37,727 nt of DNA from positions 1 to 37,727 of IMG/VR virus record IMGVR_UViG_3300045988_153647; one strand, written 5' to 3'. The DNA is from a virus. The translations under genes and the position numbers were made by a program. Positions 1-7,110 of the stretch are shown one piece after another; position 1 is the stretch's first letter; every line of letters begins with the position of its first letter. The notes under the pieces were generated by a model that saw only the letters and a list, made by a program, of their open reading frames with translations, searched no databases and was not told the origin of the DNA.

Positions 1-55
1 CTCGCCGGCCTCGGCCTCACCATTGGCCTCGCCGTCGCCACCGCCGCGGCCCCCG
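1..55. repeat. Terminal overlap: nt 1-55 are identical to nt 37673-37727 (circular closure or assembly overlap; unique length 37,672 bp)
   Basis: Direct comparison of the first and last 55 nt gives an exact match. An ORF reads in frame across the join. Confidence 0.95.
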
Positions 56-384
56 AGCCGTCTACGGAGCCCACCCCGGAGCCGACACCCACCACCCCGG
101 ACACTGACCCGAAGCCCGAACCGTCCACGCCGACGCCTGACCCCACCCCGGAGCCGCGCGTGACCACCGAGCCGGTGCCCGTGCCCACGCACGCGACCCC
201 GAAGCCCGAACCCAAGGTCGACCCCCAGCCCACCCCCGCCTCGGCCCCGGCGGCTCAGCTCGCCAAGACCGGCGCCACCCTCGACGGCATCAAGGTCGCG
301 CTCGCGACCCTCGCCCTCGGCGTATTCCTCGCCGCTTGTGTGTACGTCAGCAACCGCCGCGAAATGGGAGGCAACGGACGATGA
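1..384 (+). CDS. 3' part of the junction-spanning gene: Pro/Thr/Glu-rich secreted protein with a C-terminal LAKTG sortase sorting signal
   Basis: Frame 1 is open from nt 1. The repetitive PEPTPxP stalk is followed by LAKTG, a hydrophobic stretch (ALATLALGVFLAACVYV) and a basic tail (NRRE). This is the classic tripartite cell-wall sorting signal. LAxTG is the class E sortase motif of Actinobacteria. Confidence 0.7.
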   Translation, partial: LAGLGLTIGLAVATAAAPEPSTEPTPEPTPTTPDTDPKPEPSTPTPDPTPEPRVTTEPVPVPTHATPKPEPKVDPQPTPASAPAAQLAKTGATLDGIKVALATLALGVFLAACVYVSNRREMGGNGR

Positions 385-677
385 CCACGAAGCACCTCGT
401 TAACCCGGTGACACTCACCATTGAGCTCGACGACCTGACGTGGCTGCGCGCCTTCCTCAAGGAGGAACGCCGCGCCACCGAGATCGACCAGGAAGAAGTC
501 GAGCGACTCCACACCGACGTAGCTATCCGCACCGCAAAGGCCGTGCTCAGCAAGGAGCACGACAGGATGACGACGATCATCGACGACCTGGACGCCGCAA
601 TCGGCGCCGCCGACATGCGCAAAGCCCTCGCTAGGAAGATCGCCGCGACGTTGCCCGCCCAGCCGCCCGCCGCCTAA
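381..677 (+). CDS. hypothetical protein (98 aa, charged and probably helical)
   Basis: ATG 381 overlaps the upstream stop (ATGA). GGAGG lies about 9 nt upstream. The ORF belongs to a tightly coupled gene train. Confidence 0.6.
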   Translation: MTTKHLVNPVTLTIELDDLTWLRAFLKEERRATEIDQEEVERLHTDVAIRTAKAVLSKEHDRMTTIIDDLDAAIGAADMRKALARKIAATLPAQPPAA

Positions 678-689
678 CCCCGCCCGTGT

Positions 690-722
690 GGGGGCCGCCC
701 CGCTGGCAGCCCGGCGGCCCCC
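690..722 (+). terminator. GC-rich hairpin (10-bp stem gggggccgcc/ggcggccccc) downstream of the 381..677 gene
   Basis: The inverted repeat was read directly. There is no U-tract, so it may be an I-shaped terminator, an attenuator or just RNA structure. Confidence 0.35.
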
Positions 723-752
723 ACCCCCTAATCAACCAAAGGACAAAACAAC

Positions 753-971
753 ATGCGACGCATAGCCAACACCACGGCACTTCTCGTCATCTACCAGCTC
801 ATCGCCTCAGCCTCCGTCCTCTACGGCAGCCTCTCCATTCTCGCGTCCATCTATGAGCGAAACCTCGCAGCCGGTCTACTCGCCCTCATCCCCACCGTCG
901 CCGGTGTCACTCTGTTCGCTGTCGCTATCGTCAACGAACTCGAAGACACGCAGGGAGACGAGGAAGCGTGA
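753..971 (+). CDS. small membrane protein (2 predicted TM helices)
   Basis: 72 aa with two long hydrophobic segments (ALLVIYQLIASASVLYGSLSILASI and LLALIPTVAGVTLFAVAIV) and an acidic tail. Confidence 0.6.
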   Translation: MRRIANTTALLVIYQLIASASVLYGSLSILASIYERNLAAGLLALIPTVAGVTLFAVAIVNELEDTQGDEEA

Positions 972-1303
972 CGATCCGTAAGGCTCCGATCCTCAGCAAG
1001 ACGCAAGTCGGCGCTCATGCGCCCCTGTTCCTGCGCATCACGACCCCAGCCGAGCGGCGACACATTCAGACCCACCCCGGCGAGACCTTCCTCGTGCCGA
1101 ACGAGGACAGCGAAACCGGAGGATGGCCCCAGCGGTCCGTCGCAGCCATCCGAGCCTACACAAACAAGCTCAACAAGAACGGCACGTTCTGGATCGTCGA
1201 CTCACGGTCTGACGGGAAGGGGTGCTTCCTTGTCTGGCTCTCATGGGACCAAAACGAAGCGAACCGCCACCGGGCAGTGCAACGCAGGAAGCCCAAGAAA
1301 TAA
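968..1303 (+). CDS. hypothetical protein (111 aa, basic C-terminus)
   Basis: GTG start overlaps the upstream stop. Codon usage is consistent with its neighbours. No motif recognised. Confidence 0.5.
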   Translation: MTIRKAPILSKTQVGAHAPLFLRITTPAERRHIQTHPGETFLVPNEDSETGGWPQRSVAAIRAYTNKLNKNGTFWIVDSRSDGKGCFLVWLSWDQNEANRHRAVQRRKPKK

Positions 1304-1345
1304 CCCGCCCCAACGCCGTTTCCCCACACGAAAGGACGACAGGCA

Positions 1346-2344
1346 ATGTCATCAACCGAAGTCATTAAGGGTCGCAGCAAGGCAGCAGCGAAACCCACCA
1401 CCCAGGCGCTCGCGCCCGCACCCACCCCCGGGTTCTCCTACATCGCCGCCGGCCTGCAGGAGCGCGCAAACTACATCGCTAGGATCGCTCCCTCAACGAT
1501 CCTCCCCACCGCGTACCGGGGCAACGCGGCGAATGCTTTCGTCGCTGCGGAAACGGGGGCCGCCCTCGGCCTAGAACCCCTCCAAGCCCTCGCCTCTATC
1601 GCCGTCATCAACGGACGCGCCACCCTCTCCTCGGACCTCATGGCAGCGGTCATCCGCCGCGCAGGCCACACCCTGCGCATCGTCGAAAACAGCCCCGAAA
1701 GCGTGACCGCGACGCTCATCCGCGCCGACGACAAGACGTTCAAGTTCGAGGTCACCTGGGACAAAGACAAGGCCGTGAAGGCGGGCCTGTGGGGTCAGAA
1801 GGGCCCCTGGTCGCAGTACCCGACCCAGATGCTCAGGGCCCGCGCAATCACCGAAGTCGCGCGCCAAGGCGCATCCGAAGCCCTCATGGGCATGATCTAC
1901 AGCCCCGAGGACTTCGGGGCGACGATCACCGACACGGGCGAGGTCATCGAAGCGGAGATCGTCGCCGAGGCCCCCACACACGCGAAACCGAAGCCGACGC
2001 CGGCCGCGAAGCCCGCGGCGGCGCCCTCACAGCCCGCCACCCTCGGTAAGCCCCTCACGCCCGCGCAGGCCAGCGTCGCAAAGGGCCTCGACATCCTCAG
2101 CTTCACCCAGGAAGCCTACGACGCGCTGTGCAAGCGGTGCCTCGGCCAGCTCATCTCCGTCGCCGCCCTGAACGACGAACAGGCCGCGTCGCTGCACTCT
2201 GAGCTGCTCGCGATCTACAACAGCGGTCGCACCCAGCCCGCGCCCGAACCGGCTCCCGAGGCCGAGGTCGAGATCATCGACGACCAGCCGGACCCGATCT
2301 TCGACTACGGCGACGACAACGACCCGAACGGAGGCGCAGCATAA
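1346..2344 (+). CDS. recT: RecT-family single-strand annealing recombinase
   Basis: 332 aa. The central region (ALGLEPLQALASIAVINGRATLSSDLMAAVIRRAGH...WSQYPTQMLRARAITEVAR) resembles the RecT/Bet annealing-protein core as I remember it. It has a Pro/Ala-rich linker and an acidic tail, and sits in the early recombination module with RusA. Confidence 0.7.
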   Translation: MSSTEVIKGRSKAAAKPTTQALAPAPTPGFSYIAAGLQERANYIARIAPSTILPTAYRGNAANAFVAAETGAALGLEPLQALASIAVINGRATLSSDLMAAVIRRAGHTLRIVENSPESVTATLIRADDKTFKFEVTWDKDKAVKAGLWGQKGPWSQYPTQMLRARAITEVARQGASEALMGMIYSPEDFGATITDTGEVIEAEIVAEAPTHAKPKPTPAAKPAAAPSQPATLGKPLTPAQASVAKGLDILSFTQEAYDALCKRCLGQLISVAALNDEQAASLHSELLAIYNSGRTQPAPEPAPEAEVEIIDDQPDPIFDYGDDNDPNGGAA

Positions 2345-2782
2345 ATGATCGAGCAAATCAGAATCCTCAACGACCTGGACATATCGGCGAAACACCTCAG
2401 TGAACGCGGTGTCGAATGTGAAATCGTAACGGTAGCGCCAGCAAGTGAGGGGAAAGTACCACTCAAGTACATTCGCACCACCTCGCCCGCAGACGAATAT
2501 AAATTCGTCGCTTTCCCAGGGGACATCGTGACCATCGAAAATGGCAACCCCAAAAGGAACCCAAGACCAGCCCCTTCACTACAAAACGACCACAATAGCC
2601 TGCCCGAAATCGCTTTGTACGCAGCACAAGAACTCCACGAAATTGCAACGAGGATCGCCGTTGAGTACTCGCTCATGTACGGAATAGACGGACAGAATGT
2701 GCATTCTGCTGATTTGTTCAGGCACCTCTCATATCTCCTAAACAGCGCAGCTACTAAGACACTGGACGGGGGCGCATCATGA
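2345..2782 (+). CDS. hypothetical protein (145 aa) in a low-G+C island
   Basis: ATG follows the recT stop directly. A hand count of the first 240 nt gives about 50% G+C, against a clearly higher background. No motif recognised. Confidence 0.55.
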   Translation: MIEQIRILNDLDISAKHLSERGVECEIVTVAPASEGKVPLKYIRTTSPADEYKFVAFPGDIVTIENGNPKRNPRPAPSLQNDHNSLPEIALYAAQELHEIATRIAVEYSLMYGIDGQNVHSADLFRHLSYLLNSAATKTLDGGAS

Positions 2783-3063
2783 TCGCCCCCTGGCCCCCCA
2801 AACCCCGCTACAAGACTAAGCGGCTACGCGAAGCCATCAGCGTCACGGTGAAGGCAAATGCGCTCGCGGAATTCGTGGCCTCCATGTACGTGAGCAGCCG
2901 CGAGGCCACCGAACGCCTGCATGTCATGCAGGAAGCAATCACGAAGGCGCTCGCCGACATTGACGCGCTGCGCAACGACCCCGCCCCCGAGGCCCCTAAC
3001 CGCCGCCTGGCGCGCATCCGCGACGACCTCGTAGCCGTCATCGACGAAAGCGCCCGCCCATGA
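2779..3063 (+). CDS. hypothetical protein (94 aa)
   Basis: Start overlaps the upstream stop (ATGA). Helical, charged sequence. Confidence 0.5.
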   Translation: MIAPWPPKPRYKTKRLREAISVTVKANALAEFVASMYVSSREATERLHVMQEAITKALADIDALRNDPAPEAPNRRLARIRDDLVAVIDESARP

Positions 3064-4301
3064 CAACCATCGGGAGCTTGTTCACGTGCTACGGGGGCCT
3101 GGATATGGGCGTCGCGATGGCCCTTGACCCTCACGCTCGGGTCGCCTGGACAAGCGACGTTGAGAAGGGGCCCTGCAAGCTCGCCGCCGTCAGGTGGCCT
3201 GACACCCCGAACCTGGGCGACATCACCCAGATCGACTGGGCCACGGTGGAGCCCGTGGACATCATTTGCGGCGGCAGCCCATGCCAAGACCTCAGCCTCG
3301 CAGGCAAACGCGCAGGCATGGCCACCGGCACACGCTCGGGCCTCTGGGAATCCATGGCCGCCGCAATCGAAACCATCAGACCCCGCCTCGTGGTATGGGA
3401 AAACGTGCAAGGAGCCCTCAGTGCAAGAGCCTATAGCCCGTTGGAATCCGAGCCGACAATGCTGGGAGACCAAGCAACTCGACCTGCTCTCCGAGCGGCA
3501 GGCCGTGTGGCAGGAGACCTGGCCGGCCTCGGGTATGACTGTCGCTGGGCAGTTATACGAGCTTCCGACGCCGGAGCACCACACCAGCGCGCCCGCCTCT
3601 TCCTTATTGGCCACCCCCACGGCCAACCTTGGGACATGCGGAGGCCCGCAGCACCCCGAAAAGCGGCGGGCAGGCGGCCACAGCGTGAGCCTACAAGACC
3701 AAGTGACGGCCCTCTGATCCCGACGCCAACCGCATCGGACCACAAAGCCGGCAGACACCAAGAGGGCACAGGCCACAGCCTCACGCAGGCAGTGCAGCTC
3801 CTCCCCACCCCGGTTGCACAGCCCTCCGGAAACACCCCGGGCGAGCACCTGCGCAAAAAGCCAGGCAGGGAGCGTGTCACCGACCTAGCAATCATCGTCG
3901 AAAACGACCTGCTCCCCACAGGGGGCCTACTCCCCACGCCACAGGCGGTGAACGCGTCCAGGTCCTCCGCCGGATACGGGCCGAACCTGCACGAGGTCGC
4001 AACCAGCAGCGACCTTACCCACTTCGGCCCATACGCGAAAGTGATCGCCCGATGGGAGCAGATCACAGGCCGGGCAGCCCCACCACCTTCGACACCATCA
4101 CGCCGCCCAGGCGGAAAGCCACAGCTATCCACCAGGTTCGTGGAATGGCTGATGGGCCTGCCCGGTGGCCACGTCACCGGCCCCGACCTGAAGCTGCCGC
4201 GTGAGCAGCAGCTTCGCCTCCTGGGCAACGGGGTTGTCCCACAGCAGGCCGCGCTCGCGGTGCGGCAATTAACACAGACTGTAAGGAAGTTTGACAGATG
4301 A
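3060..4301 (+). CDS. DNA (cytosine-5) methyltransferase
   Basis: Motif I FTCYGGLDMG, motif IV GGSPCQDLSLAG (catalytic Cys), motif VI VVWENV, motif VIII GAPHQRARLFLIG and motif X LLGNGVVPQQA all occur in canonical order in one frame. The variable region carries LxPTPxA repeats. Confidence 0.9.
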   Translation: MTTIGSLFTCYGGLDMGVAMALDPHARVAWTSDVEKGPCKLAAVRWPDTPNLGDITQIDWATVEPVDIICGGSPCQDLSLAGKRAGMATGTRSGLWESMAAAIETIRPRLVVWENVQGALSARAYSPLESEPTMLGDQATRPALRAAGRVAGDLAGLGYDCRWAVIRASDAGAPHQRARLFLIGHPHGQPWDMRRPAAPRKAAGRRPQREPTRPSDGPLIPTPTASDHKAGRHQEGTGHSLTQAVQLLPTPVAQPSGNTPGEHLRKKPGRERVTDLAIIVENDLLPTGGLLPTPQAVNASRSSAGYGPNLHEVATSSDLTHFGPYAKVIARWEQITGRAAPPPSTPSRRPGGKPQLSTRFVEWLMGLPGGHVTGPDLKLPREQQLRLLGNGVVPQQAALAVRQLTQTVRKFDR

Positions 4302-4603
4302 ACACTCAAGACCCATTGGCTGGCATCGACGGGTGCGCGTCCTATCAGGAGCGCATCATCGTCCGAGCTGTCAAGCTAACACGCGACAACGCGGCGACGA
4401 TTGCGAGGATCGCCCGGAAGACCGTCACCGAAGGTGTGGGCGGGCTATTCCTCACCGGCCCCGGACACGTCGTGTGGGCCGCCGAAGGGGACGTGATCGT
4501 CGCCACCCCAGGCCGAATGCGCGTCTCCAACCGCACCCCGACTGATTTCCGCACCTGGTACACGCACCCCGGCCAGCCAATCACCGATGAGGACCTCGCG
4601 TGA
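4298..4603 (+). CDS. hypothetical protein (101 aa)
   Basis: ATG overlaps the methyltransferase stop. No motif recognised. Confidence 0.5.
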   Translation: MNTQDPLAGIDGCASYQERIIVRAVKLTRDNAATIARIARKTVTEGVGGLFLTGPGHVVWAAEGDVIVATPGRMRVSNRTPTDFRTWYTHPGQPITDEDLA

Positions 4604-4893
4604 AATTCAACGCGTACAGGCTCACCGGAGATCCGGAGGCCGACACCAAAGCCCTGAGAGCGTGGGGCCTCAGTGTGACCGTCACCAATGAGAACGGCGA
4701 GCTCTCCATCGAAATAGACAGACCCGGATATTGGGTGACGGGCTGCCTCGGCTACAGGTTCATCGCGCGCGCTGGCAACCTAGTTGTTTTTTCACCAGAT
4801 GAGCGCAACCCCATGCACATCAAGATCGCCGATGAAGTCACCGCCGACGACGCGCCAGAGAAAAGGACAAAACGATGGACAACACAGAACTAA
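4600..4893 (+). CDS. hypothetical protein (97 aa)
   Basis: GTGA start/stop overlap. G+C is lower than its neighbours. Confidence 0.5.
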   Translation: MKFNAYRLTGDPEADTKALRAWGLSVTVTNENGELSIEIDRPGYWVTGCLGYRFIARAGNLVVFSPDERNPMHIKIADEVTADDAPEKRTKRWTTQN

Positions 4894-5723
4894 TCGTCGG
4901 GGCCATTAATCCAGGTTACGGGGGCCTCCCCATCGGCGTGGCAGCCGCACTGGGCGGCGCGACGCTCGCGTGGCACGCACACCCCGGCCAGTCCCCGACC
5001 TACCCCGGGCGCATAGTTATGCGCTATCACCATCCGCACGCTGGCGCGCACACTGTTATCGACGCGCTCCCCCCGATGGTGGACGTTCTCACCATCAACC
5101 GGTTTGCGACCTGGCAGACAACAGGCGCGCCGCTGATCGACCAGGGTTACAAGCCCCCGCTCGTCATTGTTGAGGTGCAGCTCCCTAACGACGAAGCTGT
5201 GCCTGTCTGCGATTACCTGGACACACGCGGATACCGCACGACATGGACACGCCTGTGCTCAAACGATGTTGGTACCCCGCACCGCCGCCTACGCTCGTAC
5301 GCGATAGGTGTCCGAAAGGACTGCGGCGTGCCGGGCGTGAACGCTGCGTACCTGGACGCCGACCCGTGGACCGGCTCCCTGTGGACAACACCCAGCGCGT
5401 ACGACACGTACCTCGATAGCGAGGCATACAGGTGGGCGCAGACGGACATGGAAGGCAAAGCGGATAGCCGGGCGCTCGAACACTGGGAGAAAGTCACGTG
5501 CGAGCGGTTCCCGTATCCCCTGTACACGCTGCCACACTCCGGCCAGGCGCGCCTGTCTGTCGGTTTCGTGGAATGGCTGATGGGCCTGCCCATCGGCTAC
5601 GTGTCTACGCCGAGTCTGCGACTCTCACATGACCAGCGGATGGGCCTGCTCTATTCGGGGACGGTGCCCCTGCAGGCCGCTCACGCCGTAGCGGTCCTCC
5701 TCACGCAGATGGGCGAGCAATGA
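4875..5723 (+). CDS. C5-methyltransferase-like paralogue with degenerate catalytic motifs (probably inactive)
   Basis: It aligns by eye with the 3060..4301 product: NPGYGGLPIGV vs FTCYGGLDMGV, GTPHRRLRSYAIG vs GAPHQRARLFLIG, and FVEWLMGLPIGYV...LLYSGTVPLQAAHAV vs FVEWLMGLPGGHV...LLGNGVVPQQAALAV. The PCQ motif is replaced (TINRFATWQ, no Cys), ENV becomes VEV, and GN becomes YS. Confidence 0.6.
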   Translation: MDNTELIVGAINPGYGGLPIGVAAALGGATLAWHAHPGQSPTYPGRIVMRYHHPHAGAHTVIDALPPMVDVLTINRFATWQTTGAPLIDQGYKPPLVIVEVQLPNDEAVPVCDYLDTRGYRTTWTRLCSNDVGTPHRRLRSYAIGVRKDCGVPGVNAAYLDADPWTGSLWTTPSAYDTYLDSEAYRWAQTDMEGKADSRALEHWEKVTCERFPYPLYTLPHSGQARLSVGFVEWLMGLPIGYVSTPSLRLSHDQRMGLLYSGTVPLQAAHAVAVLLTQMGEQ

Positions 5724-6106
5724 CCTGCCACACGCTCACAATCGGCATTCACAAAGCCATATGGCTCACCGCTAACCAGCGGCTCCACTGGTCAACGCGG
5801 ATGCGCCGCACGCGCATGCTGCGCGCGTACGCGGCCAGCGAGGCCCGCATCCACGGCCTGGCAGGCCGCCGCCTCGGCCCCTGTATCGTCACCGTCATTA
5901 TCGGATACCCCACCAATGGGCGCGCCGACCCCACCAACGCCGAGCCAACCGTTAAGGCCGTCATTGACGGCCTCGTGGACGCCCGCGTATGGGACGACGA
6001 CGACCACACCCACCTGCCAATCGTCGCCTTCACCCGCGACCCGCAAAAATCACCCAAGGGCACCCACACAGTGACCCTCATAATTCAGGAGACACCCCAT
6101 GCTTAA
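5720..6106 (+). CDS. rusA: RusA-family Holliday junction resolvase
   Basis: 128 aa. LTANQRLHW near the N-terminus and RADPTNAEPTVKAVIDGLVDARVWDDDD match the RusA pattern (D-x-x-N, K-x-x-x-D-x-L, DD). Confidence 0.7.
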   Translation: MTCHTLTIGIHKAIWLTANQRLHWSTRMRRTRMLRAYAASEARIHGLAGRRLGPCIVTVIIGYPTNGRADPTNAEPTVKAVIDGLVDARVWDDDDHTHLPIVAFTRDPQKSPKGTHTVTLIIQETPHA

Positions 6107-6302
6107 GCACTACACGCGCGGCCAATTCACCATCACGTTCACCGCCGCTGACGGCGTCTCAGCCGCCGCTGTGATCGCCATACTCTCGCAGCTCAAACCC
6201 GGCACCGTCATCGTCGACACAGCCGTGGACGTTAACGGCCCGTTCGCGGGCACGCGCCGACTCATCATCAACTACAGCGAACCCGCCGAGAAGGGAGCCT
6301 GA
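6099..6302 (+). CDS. small hypothetical protein (67 aa), member 1 of a tandem trio
   Basis: Overlaps the rusA end. It shares a strand-helix-strand-strand pattern with the next two ORFs. Confidence 0.5.
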   Translation: MLKHYTRGQFTITFTAADGVSAAAVIAILSQLKPGTVIVDTAVDVNGPFAGTRRLIINYSEPAEKGA

Positions 6303-6303
6303 A

Positions 6304-6549
6304 ATGACGACCATCGAAACCCGCACAATCCACACGGTGACACTCGAATGGCCCTACAAGGACGCGCTAGACAAGCGCGAATTCATTCACCAGCTGCAAA
6401 CCAGCTTGCCTTACGGCGCTGCCATCATCGATTTGGCAGTAGACGACTATCCGAAAACGCAGCCGGAGATTTCAGGGCCGACAGTCATGCGGACCCTAAC
6501 GATCAAATACGTCGATCATCCGATCCTCGAACGCTACAGGAGGCCGTGA
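6304..6549 (+). CDS. small hypothetical protein (81 aa), member 2 of a tandem trio
   Basis: Starts 1 nt after the previous stop. Same residue pattern as its neighbours. Confidence 0.5.
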   Translation: MTTIETRTIHTVTLEWPYKDALDKREFIHQLQTSLPYGAAIIDLAVDDYPKTQPEISGPTVMRTLTIKYVDHPILERYRRP

Positions 6550-6550
6550 A

Positions 6551-6760
6551 ATGGCTATTGACCGCAAGCCGGACATGTACGCGACGCTCAGACTCACCGC
6601 CGACATGCCAATCCTCCCGGAAGTCGTGAAGAAGATGCTTGACGAGATCCCCGCCTATGCCGACATCGTCGAAATGAGCATCACCACTGAAGACGGCCCA
6701 GTCCCCATTCGCCGGGTCGGAATCTACTACAGCACCAAAATGCCATGGGAGGCCAAGTAA
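6551..6760 (+). CDS. small hypothetical protein (69 aa), member 3 of a tandem trio
   Basis: Starts 1 nt after the previous stop. Same residue pattern as its neighbours. Confidence 0.5.
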   Translation: MAIDRKPDMYATLRLTADMPILPEVVKKMLDEIPAYADIVEMSITTEDGPVPIRRVGIYYSTKMPWEAK

Positions 6761-7098
6761 TGCCCAGCACACGTTTCAATTGGTCAGGCAGGTGCGCGGC
6801 TATCCCCGCCGCCTACTACGACGACCCGGTCATTATCGCGGTCGGCACCGCCGCCGAGCTGTGGTATGTGCGCGCCCTCGCCTGGTGCGCAGCCCACCCC
6901 GAAACTGACGGCGTTATCCCCATCGAGGTCGCCGTCAACCGCCTCGGAATCCCCGACGCAATGTCACGCGTGAACATTTGTGAAAGTCACGGCCTTATCA
7001 CCAAGAACGACGACTCTGTGAGCGTGACGCCTTGGGTGCAATGGAACGGCAAATGGCGTGACATCCATGAGCGATCCGCTACAAGACTCACAGACTAG
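6760..7098 (+). CDS. winged-helix-like protein, short paralogue of the N-terminal domain of the following replication-organiser-like gene
   Basis: ATG 6760 overlaps the upstream TAA (TAATG). ...AAELWYVRALAWCAAHPETDGVIP...ESHGLITKNDDSVSVTPWVQWN parallels ...DRLLFIGLWSYVEDNGVG...SQRGLITRYEGPDGRKYLQVNTWDKHQ in the next gene. Confidence 0.5.
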   Translation: MPSTRFNWSGRCAAIPAAYYDDPVIIAVGTAAELWYVRALAWCAAHPETDGVIPIEVAVNRLGIPDAMSRVNICESHGLITKNDDSVSVTPWVQWNGKWRDIHERSATRLTD

Positions 7099-7110
7099 GA
7101 GGGAACAGCC

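Noticed and set aside
3124-3717. An alternate (+1) frame ORF inside the methyltransferase gene. Its translation (..WPASGMTVAGQLYELPT...LLATPTANLGTCGG...) looks like the LLPTPxA target-recognition repeats of phage C5 methyltransferases, which hints at a frameshift or dual coding.
   Set aside because: The main frame is uninterrupted and carries motifs I, IV, VI, VIII and X in order. Motif VIII (GAPHQRARLFLIG) lies exactly over the region where the alternate frame looks protein-like. The degenerate paralogue shows the same spacing from motif VIII to LxTPxAxD as the main frame. This is most likely a chance resemblance in GC-rich sequence. A three-frame profile alignment would settle it.
2808-3848. 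Long antisense ORF (346 aa, - strand) opposite the methyltransferase. Similar long antisense or alternate-frame ORFs occur at 8603..9223(-), 12979..14013(-), 17084..18169(-), 20700..21701(-), 25795..26721(-), 27978..28703(-), 29200..30021(-) and 30859..31674(-).
   Set aside because: Stop codons are rare in off-frames of high-G+C DNA. These ORFs translate to Arg/Gly/Pro/Ala-rich low-complexity sequence without motifs. Each lies opposite a + strand gene with clear motifs or canonical synteny.
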